Positions 24,657 to 34,729 of a DNA stretch of 38,559 bases are shown piece after piece. Made by a program: the position numbers and the translations under genes. The first letter of the stretch is position 1. Every line of letters starts with the position of its first letter. Origin of the DNA: an uncultured Aestuariivirga sp. (lineage in GTDB: Bacteria; Pseudomonadota; Alphaproteobacteria; Rhizobiales; Aestuariivirgaceae); contig CAXTKN010000002.1 of the NCBI GenBank assembly GCA_964244805.1, positions 1-38,559 of the forward strand, written 5' to 3'. The notes under the pieces were generated by a model. That model searched no databases, had not been told where the DNA came from, and saw only the letters and a program-made list of their open reading frames with translations.

Positions 24657-26873
24657 ATGCCCCAACAAGCCAAGCAAAATTCGTTTTCATCGGGAGAGAT
24701 TGCCGAAGAATATTTTGGCCATGATGACTACCGGATCAATCAAACCGGCTTGGCATTGTGCCGCAATATGGTGGTGCGCCATGGCGGTGGTTTAACGCGA
24801 AGGCCGCCCACTGAGCGCATTGCCAAGGCTTATGACATATCTATTTTTATTGAAATGGTGGTACGTTCCGACGATGAATTCATGATTGAAATGGGCCATC
24901 AAGTTGCCCGTTTCTACCGCAATGGTGCGCCTCTTTTGAATGGCGCTGTCATTTATGAAATCGCTCATCCTTATTTAGGTTCCGAACTTGAAGCCTTGCG
25001 CTGGCAACGTTCAGGTGATGTGCTTTACATCACGCACCCTACGCGCGGCATGTGGCAATTGACCAGAATTGGCAATGTGAATTGGCTTTCCGCATTATTG
25101 ATCTTGAACGAGATGGCTTTTCTCGATGAAAATATTAATGAAACAAAACTCATTCAATCAACAAATATCACTGGCAATGTGACGCTGACGGCCACGGGTT
25201 TTACATTCACTGCGGCGCAAGTGGGCACGCAAATAAAATTCAGAGACGGCAATCAGCAAGTGATCAAGGGCTGGGAAACCAACGAAACTAATATCAATGC
25301 CATAAGCGGTGGCCTTCGCACCTATAACGGCAATGTCTACCAGAATATTGGTGCTGTGCCTGGAGTTGGTGGGCCAAATCCACCCATCCATGAGTCTGGT
25401 GTGCGCTGGACGGGCGGTGATGTGAAATGGAAATTTATTCGCGCTTCTTACGGTATTGCAACCATCACCTCAGTGGCCGTGGGCGGCGCTACGGCGCAAG
25501 CCACCGTGAATGTGCAATTGCCAGAAGAATTTTGCGCTTTATACAACGCCAATTATGGTGGCACGGCGCAATCGTTCCGGTTTAGCGAACAAGCTTTTTC
25601 AAGTGCTTTGGGTTGGCCTGATAATATTGAACTTCATCAACAGCGGATATTTCTCTTTAAAGGGCCAAAATTTTATTATTCGGTGGTTGCTGATTATCTG
25701 AATTTTGCAACAGGATCGACGCCGCGTTTTGGTGGCTCTGAATTATTGGGTGCCACCAATGGCTCGGCTGAAAGTGTGCAATGGGCAATTTCTGGCAAAG
25801 TGCTTTTGATCGGTGTCGGCGGTTTGGAATATTCTGTTTCAGGTGCGCAAACATCTGGCGGCATTTCGGCGCAAAATTTAAAAATCGAAGTGGCCACATC
25901 TGATGGTTCCTCGGCGGCTCAAGCGCTTCGCGCTGGCAACGCGATTTTGCATGTGAACGGCGATGGCACACGGCTTTATGAAGTGATCTTTAATTTTCAG
26001 ATTGATGCATTTGACAGTCAAGACCGCGCCCTGCCCTCATTGCACTTGATGCAATATGGTTTGAAAAAAATCGTCTTTCAACGTGATCCATTAGGGATTG
26101 TATGGGCGATAGATTATGCGGGGCAATTGCTGGCGCTAACTTATAACCCAAAGCAAGAAATCTTTGCGTGGCAATTGCACCCAATGCCAAATGCATTCGT
26201 TGAAGATATTGCTATTGGCCGCAATGTGGCTTTGAAGGCTGACGATTTGTGGCTGCGGGTGCGCCGCACGGTGGCAGGGCGTACTGAAATTGGCATTGAG
26301 CGATTGCTTGACTTTTTCTCGCGCAAGAAGAATTTGAACATGACGGAAATGCCATATCTGGATAACCAGTCGGTAGCTGTGGGTGTGAACTTCAAAGTCA
26401 TTTCGGGGTTGACGCATTATGCAGGAAGCCGTGTGCGCGTTGTGAGTAATTTGGGTGATGAAGGTTTTTTTGACGTTGATGCGACCGGCCAATTGACTTT
26501 GATCAATGACGGGATCAACCGCGCTGTGATCGGCCAACAGATACTTTCACGTGTGAAATTCTTGCCGCTTAATATGGATTTATCCGATGGTGCAAGTGAG
26601 GGTCGTGCCCGCGTTATTAAAGAGGTTGTGGTGCGTTGTGTGGGTGGGCCTGATGCTTATGCGGGTAGTTTTGACGGTGATCATGATTTGGCCGAAGCAA
26701 TATTTACCAAATCAGTCACAGCCGATGATGGCTTTGCAATCATGAAGCCTGAAGACGCCATATTGCAAACCGGTGATTGGGACGCTGAAGGCATGTTGGA
26801 TTTATGGACGGATGGCCCTTATCCATTTGATATTGTGCGCGTTGACCGCGTTGTTGATTTTGGAGGAAAATAA
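24657..26873 (+). CDS. Tail tubular protein B / nozzle (T7 gp12-like)
   Basis: QNSFSSGEI...CRNM...GGLTRRP N-terminus; IFAWQLH. Confidence 0.88.
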   Translation: MPQQAKQNSFSSGEIAEEYFGHDDYRINQTGLALCRNMVVRHGGGLTRRPPTERIAKAYDISIFIEMVVRSDDEFMIEMGHQVARFYRNGAPLLNGAVIYEIAHPYLGSELEALRWQRSGDVLYITHPTRGMWQLTRIGNVNWLSALLILNEMAFLDENINETKLIQSTNITGNVTLTATGFTFTAAQVGTQIKFRDGNQQVIKGWETNETNINAISGGLRTYNGNVYQNIGAVPGVGGPNPPIHESGVRWTGGDVKWKFIRASYGIATITSVAVGGATAQATVNVQLPEEFCALYNANYGGTAQSFRFSEQAFSSALGWPDNIELHQQRIFLFKGPKFYYSVVADYLNFATGSTPRFGGSELLGATNGSAESVQWAISGKVLLIGVGGLEYSVSGAQTSGGISAQNLKIEVATSDGSSAAQALRAGNAILHVNGDGTRLYEVIFNFQIDAFDSQDRALPSLHLMQYGLKKIVFQRDPLGIVWAIDYAGQLLALTYNPKQEIFAWQLHPMPNAFVEDIAIGRNVALKADDLWLRVRRTVAGRTEIGIERLLDFFSRKKNLNMTEMPYLDNQSVAVGVNFKVISGLTHYAGSRVRVVSNLGDEGFFDVDATGQLTLINDGINRAVIGQQILSRVKFLPLNMDLSDGASEGRARVIKEVVVRCVGGPDAYAGSFDGDHDLAEAIFTKSVTADDGFAIMKPEDAILQTGDWDAEGMLDLWTDGPYPFDIVRVDRVVDFGGK

Positions 26874-26876
26874 CAA

Positions 26877-27308
26877 ATGTGCGCGCCCGCATTAGCCATT
26901 GGATTGATTGGAACGCTTGTTCAGGGGTTTACCTCGATGCAAGCGGCAAATTATAATGCGGCGGCGGCTGAACAAGAGGCAAAACGCATTCGCGCTTTAG
27001 GTTCTGTTCAAGAAGCTTCTGATCGCCGCGCTATGGACTATACGTTGGGGCAACAGCAGGTTGATTTTGCGGCGGCGGGTCGTTCGGGTGGCACGGGATC
27101 GGCATTGGAGTTGGCTTTTCATTCACGCCGCGAAGGTGAGCTTGATGTGCTGGCTAAGCGTGATGGCTATACCATGCGGGCCGATAGCAAAGACAATGAA
27201 GCAACGCTTCATAGATATGAGGGAACGAGCGCTTTGATCGGCAGTGCATTTTCAGCGGCTGGAACATTATTGAAATCGCCGTCCTTTCAAATTCCGGCCT
27301 TGGGGTAA
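26877..27308 (+). CDS. Internal virion (ejection) protein, gp14-like
   Basis: MC start with hydrophobic ends; AAAG..GTGSAL motif. Confidence 0.7.
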   Translation: MCAPALAIGLIGTLVQGFTSMQAANYNAAAAEQEAKRIRALGSVQEASDRRAMDYTLGQQQVDFAAAGRSGGTGSALELAFHSRREGELDVLAKRDGYTMRADSKDNEATLHRYEGTSALIGSAFSAAGTLLKSPSFQIPALG

Positions 27309-27311
27309 ATC

Positions 27312-29438
27312 ATGCCAGCAGGAAATATCACTGAGATTTTACCAAATTTGCAGGTTCCTGAAGTGCCCACGGGGCCTCGTGCTTCGGGGTCATCTGCAAT
27401 TGCAGATGGCCTGTTTAATTTGGCGCAAGGTGTTGATCATGTAATGACGGCTGAGAAAGCCTATGTCGAACATTTACGCCAAGCGCGTGATAAAGTTTTG
27501 GCGCAACCAAATACCGATTGGGTGGCCACAAAAAAAGAATTTCAAAAACAAGCCACCCAAGGCCGTGAAGCAATCAGGCCAAAGCCAACACCACAAACGC
27601 CAGATACGCCGCGCATGTTTGATCAACGCGCCAATCAGCTTGACCGTATCTATGGTGCTGATGTGGAGCATAAGGCTTTCACCCAATCGATTGGTGCAAT
27701 GCGTGATCGTTTGGGCGGAACAGTGAATGATTTTGCTGATGACGCAGCTAATGCGCAAACTGAAAAAGAGCAGAATGCCATTGGCAATATGGTCAAAGAT
27801 AATGTGGCCGCACATATCGCCGCGGGCATATTGAAGCCTGAAGATGGCGCATTGCTTTTGAAGGCGTATCAAACGCGGGTGCAACAAACCTATTTGACCA
27901 ATGTTGGAAAGTCTGATCCGGCGCGGGCACTGAAAATGTTGGATGATCCTTTAACTGCACCTGATGTTCAAGGCGCTGCCCGTGATCAATTGATCAATCA
28001 ATTCGAAACGCAGAAACAAACTCAAGATGCCAGTCGTCAAGCAGAACTCAGTCACACGTTAACATCAATCCAATCTTCTCTCGATGCTGGTACACCGCCT
28101 GATCCGGCTATTGTTGAAAGCTTGGCGGGGCTGGCACATCAAACCGGTAATGCTGAACAAAAACAGGTTGTGGATGCGGTGCGAGCGGGCACAAGTTTTG
28201 CGGCGCGTTTGGGCAAGCTTCCCTTGGACGAGGGCGTAAAGCTCTATCAACAATTGCAAAGTGACAAAACCACTTCGCCGGAACGCGATGCCGCGCTTTC
28301 CTATGGTGGCGGTATGTTGCGGGCGATGGAAACCAAACTTAAAACAGATCCATTATCATTTGCGCAAGATCAAGGTTTGCTCGATATTAAACCGCTGGAT
28401 TTTTCGTCTGCGCAACCAAAAGATTTTGTCGAACGTGGCAAACAGGCGCGGATGGTGGCGCAAAATTATGGATTAAGCAGTGCGAGTTATTTGACGGCGC
28501 AAGAACGCTCTGGTCTGGCTGACCAATTTCGCAGTGCTGAGCCTGACCGGAAACAGCAATTGATGTCGAGCTTGGCTGGCGCATTTGGCCAGCAAGATGC
28601 GGTTAAATTATTTTCTGAACTTGATGGTGTTGCACCGGCTGAAAGTCACCTTGCAATACTTGGTGTTTCAGGCCAAGGCCGCGAAGATGTGGCGCGGCGT
28701 GGCTTTAGAGGTCAGAAAGCCATTTCTGAAAAATCTGTGACGCTGCCTAATGAAGCGGATTTTGCAGCAACCGAAGGCAAGATGATTGGGGATATGTTTG
28801 ATGCGCGGTTGGTTAAGACGCGCGCCAATATCATTGCTGGTGCCAGAGCGCTTTATGCTGAACGCGCAATCAGCAAAGGCATTTCTGGTTTTGATGATCA
28901 AACGTATAAGCAATCGCTGAATGAAGCGATGGGCTATACCGATCAAGGCGGCGGTGTTGGTGAACGCAATGGCCGAAGCTTCATGTTACCTCTGGATATG
29001 ACGCGCGAAAAATTCAATCAACAACTTGATGGCGCGAATGATCAAAGTTTGCAAAAGCTTTCGCTTGGCGGCGGTGCGCCGGTGCATGTTTCGCTTTCAG
29101 GTAAAGTGATGCCGTCTTCTGCTGATGAAGTGAAGGGTGGTTATTTAGTGCAAAGCAGTTATGGCCGGTTCCGTGTCTCGATGACTGACCCTAAATCTGG
29201 GCCTGCGCAATATTTGCTGGACAGCAAAACGGGCGGATATTTTGAAATGGATATGGCTGACCCTGCGCGGCGCACAAGCATGTTGCAAGTGACCACGCGG
29301 GGCTTGCCGATTACCCGCGTTAATCCCGCAGCTGCAATGCCTGCTAAAGATCAATCACGGGTTGCGCCTGCCAATGATCCATTTGTCGTTTCTGAAAAAG
29401 ATCAATCGCGCATTTTGCCTGGCATGGTTGTGCCATGA
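27312..29438 (+). CDS. Internal virion (ejection) protein, gp15-like
   Basis: 708 aa, A/Q-rich and helical; position in the ejection module. Confidence 0.65.
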   Translation: MPAGNITEILPNLQVPEVPTGPRASGSSAIADGLFNLAQGVDHVMTAEKAYVEHLRQARDKVLAQPNTDWVATKKEFQKQATQGREAIRPKPTPQTPDTPRMFDQRANQLDRIYGADVEHKAFTQSIGAMRDRLGGTVNDFADDAANAQTEKEQNAIGNMVKDNVAAHIAAGILKPEDGALLLKAYQTRVQQTYLTNVGKSDPARALKMLDDPLTAPDVQGAARDQLINQFETQKQTQDASRQAELSHTLTSIQSSLDAGTPPDPAIVESLAGLAHQTGNAEQKQVVDAVRAGTSFAARLGKLPLDEGVKLYQQLQSDKTTSPERDAALSYGGGMLRAMETKLKTDPLSFAQDQGLLDIKPLDFSSAQPKDFVERGKQARMVAQNYGLSSASYLTAQERSGLADQFRSAEPDRKQQLMSSLAGAFGQQDAVKLFSELDGVAPAESHLAILGVSGQGREDVARRGFRGQKAISEKSVTLPNEADFAATEGKMIGDMFDARLVKTRANIIAGARALYAERAISKGISGFDDQTYKQSLNEAMGYTDQGGGVGERNGRSFMLPLDMTREKFNQQLDGANDQSLQKLSLGGGAPVHVSLSGKVMPSSADEVKGGYLVQSSYGRFRVSMTDPKSGPAQYLLDSKTGGYFEMDMADPARRTSMLQVTTRGLPITRVNPAAAMPAKDQSRVAPANDPFVVSEKDQSRILPGMVVP

Positions 29439-31861
29439 GCGGATTGTCATTTTTAGATGAGGTATTGCCAAATGCTGCGCCCACTCGCGCTGATACAAGT
29501 GTAGGTGCGCCTTCGACCATTTCGGAAGATTTAAGTTCGATGTGGTGGATGAGCAGATTGACGCAAAATACTGGATCGAAAGATTTGGCGATTGATGCGG
29601 CGCGAACTGAGCGCGATGCGGCCATTCAGAAAATGACGGGCAAGCCGGTTCAAGATTTGATTGCGCCTTATCTGGCGGACACACAAAAGAGTGATGGTTA
29701 TGCCCCGCCTGCTAATCCTGATGGTGGGCCTGATCTGAATTATCTGGATAATATTTATAAGGGTGAGCAGAATTTACAAGCGGCGCATGCCCGTGAGCAA
29801 CAAGGCCTGACAACTTTTTCACCTGTCGACCGCGCCACCGATCAATTGGTCGATGAACTCAAAGCTAAAGGTCAAGGCACTGGCCTTTTGAACAATGTGG
29901 AATTAGTTACGCGGGCACATGAATTGGCGCTTAAATCCATCACCGATCAAGGCGATGTTGAGGCGCGGTCATCTGGTCTATCGTCCACCTTGGCTCGGTT
30001 TGCCGGTGCGGCTGGTAATAGCTTGACTGATCCTGCAATGGTGAGCGCCATGATCTTGGCGGCTCCGGCTGATGCTGCAATTGTGCCGACGATGTTGATT
30101 GAGGGTGCGGCGGGTGGTGTGGGTTCGGCATTGTCGCTGCCGTCAATTTCGAAGTGGCATAAAGAGCTTGGTCTAGGTGAGCAGTCCACAACTGAGAAAG
30201 TTGGGCAAGTGGCGTTTGATGCAGCGGTGTCGGCGGGAACGGCGGGTTTGATCAAGGGCGGTGGGCACGGTTTCGGAAAATTGTTTTCGCCGCGCCAAGC
30301 TGTGGATGCGTTTGATCGGGCCTTTCCTGATTATCAAGCGGCTCCACCTGATCTGCGGGCTAAACGTGATGTTCTCGATACTATTGCCACACTTGGTGAA
30401 GAAAACCCTCTGCCACATACGCCTGCCGGTGATGCTGAGCATTTAAAGCGCATGGTGGCGGTGGAAGATGCTGTGAATACCGGGCAACCCTTGCCCCAAT
30501 TTCCGGAAGATGTAAAACCGCCTGTGGTTGATCAAACTGGCCTTGCCAATCATGGTTATCAATTGCATGATCCGGCGACACTAAAAACTGACGCGCAAAT
30601 TTTTCAATATAAAGATAATGCAAATCAAGCTGGTGTGACTGATCGGTTGCGCGGTGTTGAAAATTGGGATCAGTCCAAGGCTGGCGTAGGTGTTGTTTGG
30701 CAGAATAACGCGGGCGAGAAATTTGTAGCTGATGGTCATCAACGCCATGATTTAGCGATGCGGGCAAAAGCCAAGGGCCAAGACCCGAAAATTCTGGCTC
30801 TTACTCTCAAAGAGGCTGATGGCGTGTCGGCAACCGATGCGCGGGTGATTGCCGCTACCAAAAACATTGCAGAAGGCACGGGAACGCCCTTGGATGCTGC
30901 TAAGATTATTAGGGCGCGGCCTGATATGGCTTTAGACCTTCCCCCCACCTCTGCGCTAGTTAAGCAAGCTAGAGGCCTTGCCGCGCTGAATGATGATGCC
31001 TTCAAGATGGTGGTCAATGGTGTGGTGCCAGAAAACTATGCGGCTCTCGTCGGGCGCATGACTAAGGATCGGCCTGATGTGCAATCTTCGATCATGGGGA
31101 TTTTGGCAAAACACGATCCATCTTCTGAATTGCAGGCCGAAAGCATGATCCGCGATGCGCTGGATGCGCCGCAAGTGCAGGCCACCATGAGTGATCTTTT
31201 TGGTTCATCCGAACAAACGCAAGTGTTGTTTAAAGAGCGCGCTCAGGTCTTGTCGGGGGCGGCGGCAACCATTAAGAAGGATAAATCCACTTTTGCGCAT
31301 TTGGTGGGAAATAAGGCTCGCATTGAAAATGTGGGTAATAAACTCAACCATGATGCTAATGCAGGAAGGCTTGCCGATGATGAACTCATCCTTCAAAACC
31401 TCCAACGACTTGCCAGACGAAAAGGGCCAATTGGAGACGCACTCGCCCAAGCCGCCAAAGACATTGCCGAAGGCAAGTCAAAGTCTGGCGCAATCGAAAG
31501 ATTTCTTGGAGATGTCCGAGCAGCGGCTAAAGACGAACATAGCATGGGGCTTGGCAGCGGCAAAAGCCAGTTTGGAGCGCCAGAGCCAATAGCGCCTGAT
31601 CCGCTTCCTGATCGCACTCCAAATCTTTCACCCACGGGGCCGGTTAACCGGCTGACTGAAAATGTACCAGAACCGCATAGCCCTGAATGGCATTCTGAAT
31701 TGGACGGGCTGGAAGCTGATTTAAAAGCCAAGCTTGCCGATGGTTCCAAGATTGATGTGCAACCTTTGACGGATGGCCGCTTTAAAAATGCCGATGATCT
31801 GTTTGCTGATCTCGACCGTGATAAAGAATTTCTCGATGCTGTGAAGGTGTGCTTGCAATGA
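29435..31861 (+). CDS. Internal virion protein with ParB/Srx-like domain
   Basis: Hydrophobic glycine-rich segments, then FQYK...GVVW...FVADGHQR. Confidence 0.65.
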   Translation: MSGLSFLDEVLPNAAPTRADTSVGAPSTISEDLSSMWWMSRLTQNTGSKDLAIDAARTERDAAIQKMTGKPVQDLIAPYLADTQKSDGYAPPANPDGGPDLNYLDNIYKGEQNLQAAHAREQQGLTTFSPVDRATDQLVDELKAKGQGTGLLNNVELVTRAHELALKSITDQGDVEARSSGLSSTLARFAGAAGNSLTDPAMVSAMILAAPADAAIVPTMLIEGAAGGVGSALSLPSISKWHKELGLGEQSTTEKVGQVAFDAAVSAGTAGLIKGGGHGFGKLFSPRQAVDAFDRAFPDYQAAPPDLRAKRDVLDTIATLGEENPLPHTPAGDAEHLKRMVAVEDAVNTGQPLPQFPEDVKPPVVDQTGLANHGYQLHDPATLKTDAQIFQYKDNANQAGVTDRLRGVENWDQSKAGVGVVWQNNAGEKFVADGHQRHDLAMRAKAKGQDPKILALTLKEADGVSATDARVIAATKNIAEGTGTPLDAAKIIRARPDMALDLPPTSALVKQARGLAALNDDAFKMVVNGVVPENYAALVGRMTKDRPDVQSSIMGILAKHDPSSELQAESMIRDALDAPQVQATMSDLFGSSEQTQVLFKERAQVLSGAAATIKKDKSTFAHLVGNKARIENVGNKLNHDANAGRLADDELILQNLQRLARRKGPIGDALAQAAKDIAEGKSKSGAIERFLGDVRAAAKDEHSMGLGSGKSQFGAPEPIAPDPLPDRTPNLSPTGPVNRLTENVPEPHSPEWHSELDGLEADLKAKLADGSKIDVQPLTDGRFKNADDLFADLDRDKEFLDAVKVCLQ

Positions 31862-34647
31862 CTGATGCTCCAAATCGTGGCAAGGGTGTGGATTGCATCA
31901 AGCGGGGTGTCGCTGCTGGCATGTTGGATGCGGCGCGAGCCGATGACTTGATCCGCGAAATTCAAAAGATTGAAGCGCAGAATTTCGATGCGCTGGGTCC
32001 TTATGGGGCAAAATCTCAAGCCAATATCGACGCTTTGGAAATGGCAAAATATAATGCGGCTATTCGCAGACGAGCCACCCTCATGGGCATGCTGGATTTA
32101 GACCGCGTATCTCGCGCCATGGATGAAACTAAAGCGCAAAAGGGTTTAAAGGATAGTTCTTCGCTTTTGCGAAATTTGGTTGACAGCGTGGGTTCAGGAA
32201 ATCTGAAATTCAAGGGTGCGCGGCAAGAGGCCGAAGTTGTCAAGGGTTATGCCTTCCAGTCCATGGATAATTTTTTGAAAAAGTTTCACTCTGGCCCCGG
32301 TGGCTTTGCTCGTAACAAAGCGCAGCTCGTGAATGTGCTGAAAGAAATCAAGGGTGAAGCGACTGGTGATATTGCCGCAAAGCAAATGGCCCATGCATGG
32401 CAGAACACGGCAGAGATGTTGCGCAAGATGTATAATGCGGTCGGCGGCGCTATTCCGCACCGCAAGAATTGGGATTTGCCACAAAGCCATAGCTTTAACG
32501 AAATTCGCAAACTGGAAAATGATCTTGGTGGTCGTGAACCGGCATTTCAGCAGTGGCATGATTTTATTGCACCAAAACTTGACCGTGAGCAGATGTTGGA
32601 AAATGGCACGGGAAAACCTTTGAGCGATGCGCGGCTGCGTGATGTTTTAAAGAATGTTTACGATACGATCCGCTCGGAAGGCTGGGATGCACGGCAACCA
32701 AGCGGCAATGGATTTGGAACTTCGGTTGCGATGCGCCACCAAGAAAGCCGCGTGTTGCATTTTGCAACGGCTGGTGATTGGCTGGCTTATCATCAACGTT
32801 TTGGAGATGATGATATTTTTGGCACGATGATTGGCCATATTGACGGTATGGCGCGTGAGATTGGCGCAATGCGAGCTTTGGGGGCAAACCCGCAAGCCAC
32901 CATTCGGTTTATGGCTGAACGCAATTTGAAAGATGTGGAGACAAACGGAACCCTTGATGCCTTGAACATTGCGAAATCAAAAGGCGCTCAGCTCGATACG
33001 CTCTATCGCCATTTCATTGGTGAAGCGGCAAGTCCTGTGAACGGTAAAGTAGGGCGGTTTTTTTCGTCAACGCGGCAATTCTTGGTTTCGGCGCAATTGG
33101 GTTCGGCGGTTATTTCTGCGCTCACCGATTTGGGCTTCACTCATGTGACAGCGCAGTTTAATGGGCTTTCCACAACAAAGATGATGGGGCGTTATCTCTC
33201 GCTGCTGAACCCTGCCAATGTGGCTGACCGCAAATTGGCTATTCGGTTGGGCCTCATTGCTGAAGAATGGACGCATGTAGCCAGCTCGCAAATGCGCTTT
33301 ACTGGCGAAGTAATGAGTGGGGAAATCATGAAGCGCTTGTCGGATGCCACCTTGCGCGTGTCTGGGCTTTCAGCTCATACGCAAGCGGGGCGATGGGCGT
33401 TTGGCATGGAGTTCATGGGGCACTTGGCTGACCAAGTTCATTTGCCGCTCGATCAACTCAATAAGCCATTGCAGAATGCTTTGAAGCGTTATGACATTTC
33501 ACCGGCTGAATGGGATGTGATGCGTTCGACCCAAATTTATGAGCCCACCAAAGGCGGATATTTGCGCCCTGATGATATTTTGCAACGGCAAGATATTGAT
33601 CCGAAAACCGCTGACAAGATTGCTTCAAAATATTTGAATATGGTCCATTCGGAAACTGAATTTGCTATTCCTTCAGCTTCATTACTCGGAAAATCTTTTT
33701 TACTTGGTGATGCGCGTCCAGGCTCTTTTGCCGGCGAGATGATGCGTTCGGGTGGCATGTATAAAAACTTCGCTGTCACTATGGCGCATACACATATGGC
33801 GCGGATGATCGAAACGCCGGGGGCTTGGAATAAATTGAAATATGGTGCCAATCTGACAATCGGTACAACGCTCATGGGTGCACTGGCTGTGCAATTAAAG
33901 GATATGGCTATTGGCCGTGATCCGCGCCCGATGGCTGATAAAAAATTCTGGTTGGCTGCTGCTTTGCAAGGCGGTGGCCTTGGGATTTTCGGTGATTATC
34001 TTTTTTCCAGTGTTGATCGCAATGGCCATGGCTTTGTAAATTCTCTGACGGGGCCGACAACCGGATTTATTGGAGACACGGCTGATCTAGCGCGGCGTTT
34101 GTTGGTGGCCGGTGCTGATAAAGTTTCAGGCGGTGCGCTGGCAGATGCAAGTAAATTGACGGTGGGGCGTGATGCTGCAAATTATGCGGGGCGTTATATG
34201 CCGCTTGGAAGCTCGCTTTGGTACACCAAATATATTTGGCGGCGGGCCATGGCTGACAATTTGCAGCGCTGGCTTGATCCGAATGCCGAAAAAAGTTTCG
34301 CGGCGCAACGTTCATCTTGGAATAGCCAACAAGGCGCTGATTTCTGGGGAAAGCCCGGAGGCGGCTTAGTCCCACAGCGCATGCCAGATTTCATGAATGC
34401 ATTTCGGTCGGTTGATGAAGGTAAGGCTGCTGCCAAGGGGCGGCGTTACGGGGTTGATCCGACCGGACAGAACACGGTTGATATTCAGGCGCAAACTGAG
34501 CAAGCCATGAAAGATCACCGTAATGAAGCCGCGCGAAAACGCCGTGCTGCTAAAAATGCTGCAAAAAAACAGCCTGTGGCAAAAGTTGCTCCTCCGGCTT
34601 CCTCTGCTCCTGCTGTGGCACCGGGTGTTTTGGCTATTCCAAACTGA
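31858..34647 (+). CDS. Large internal virion (ejection) protein, gp16-like
   Basis: LPQSH, SRVLHF, LGSAVISALTD, GRDPRPM and GGGLGIFGDYL motifs. Confidence 0.75.
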   Translation: MTDAPNRGKGVDCIKRGVAAGMLDAARADDLIREIQKIEAQNFDALGPYGAKSQANIDALEMAKYNAAIRRRATLMGMLDLDRVSRAMDETKAQKGLKDSSSLLRNLVDSVGSGNLKFKGARQEAEVVKGYAFQSMDNFLKKFHSGPGGFARNKAQLVNVLKEIKGEATGDIAAKQMAHAWQNTAEMLRKMYNAVGGAIPHRKNWDLPQSHSFNEIRKLENDLGGREPAFQQWHDFIAPKLDREQMLENGTGKPLSDARLRDVLKNVYDTIRSEGWDARQPSGNGFGTSVAMRHQESRVLHFATAGDWLAYHQRFGDDDIFGTMIGHIDGMAREIGAMRALGANPQATIRFMAERNLKDVETNGTLDALNIAKSKGAQLDTLYRHFIGEAASPVNGKVGRFFSSTRQFLVSAQLGSAVISALTDLGFTHVTAQFNGLSTTKMMGRYLSLLNPANVADRKLAIRLGLIAEEWTHVASSQMRFTGEVMSGEIMKRLSDATLRVSGLSAHTQAGRWAFGMEFMGHLADQVHLPLDQLNKPLQNALKRYDISPAEWDVMRSTQIYEPTKGGYLRPDDILQRQDIDPKTADKIASKYLNMVHSETEFAIPSASLLGKSFLLGDARPGSFAGEMMRSGGMYKNFAVTMAHTHMARMIETPGAWNKLKYGANLTIGTTLMGALAVQLKDMAIGRDPRPMADKKFWLAAALQGGGLGIFGDYLFSSVDRNGHGFVNSLTGPTTGFIGDTADLARRLLVAGADKVSGGALADASKLTVGRDAANYAGRYMPLGSSLWYTKYIWRRAMADNLQRWLDPNAEKSFAAQRSSWNSQQGADFWGKPGGGLVPQRMPDFMNAFRSVDEGKAAAKGRRYGVDPTGQNTVDIQAQTEQAMKDHRNEAARKRRAAKNAAKKQPVAKVAPPASSAPAVAPGVLAIPN

Positions 34648-34648
34648 T

Positions 34649-34661
34649 CTTGACAAATCAC
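34649..34661 (+). promoter_or_regulatory. CTTGACAAATCAC promoter element upstream of the tailspike/lysis block
   Basis: Fourth exact copy of the motif, intergenic. Confidence 0.6.
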
Positions 34662-34729
34662 CAAAACGCCCATTAGCGCTGTGACCGTGCGGATAGGATG
34701 GTTTGGGCTTGAAAGAGCCTTGCCGCACC

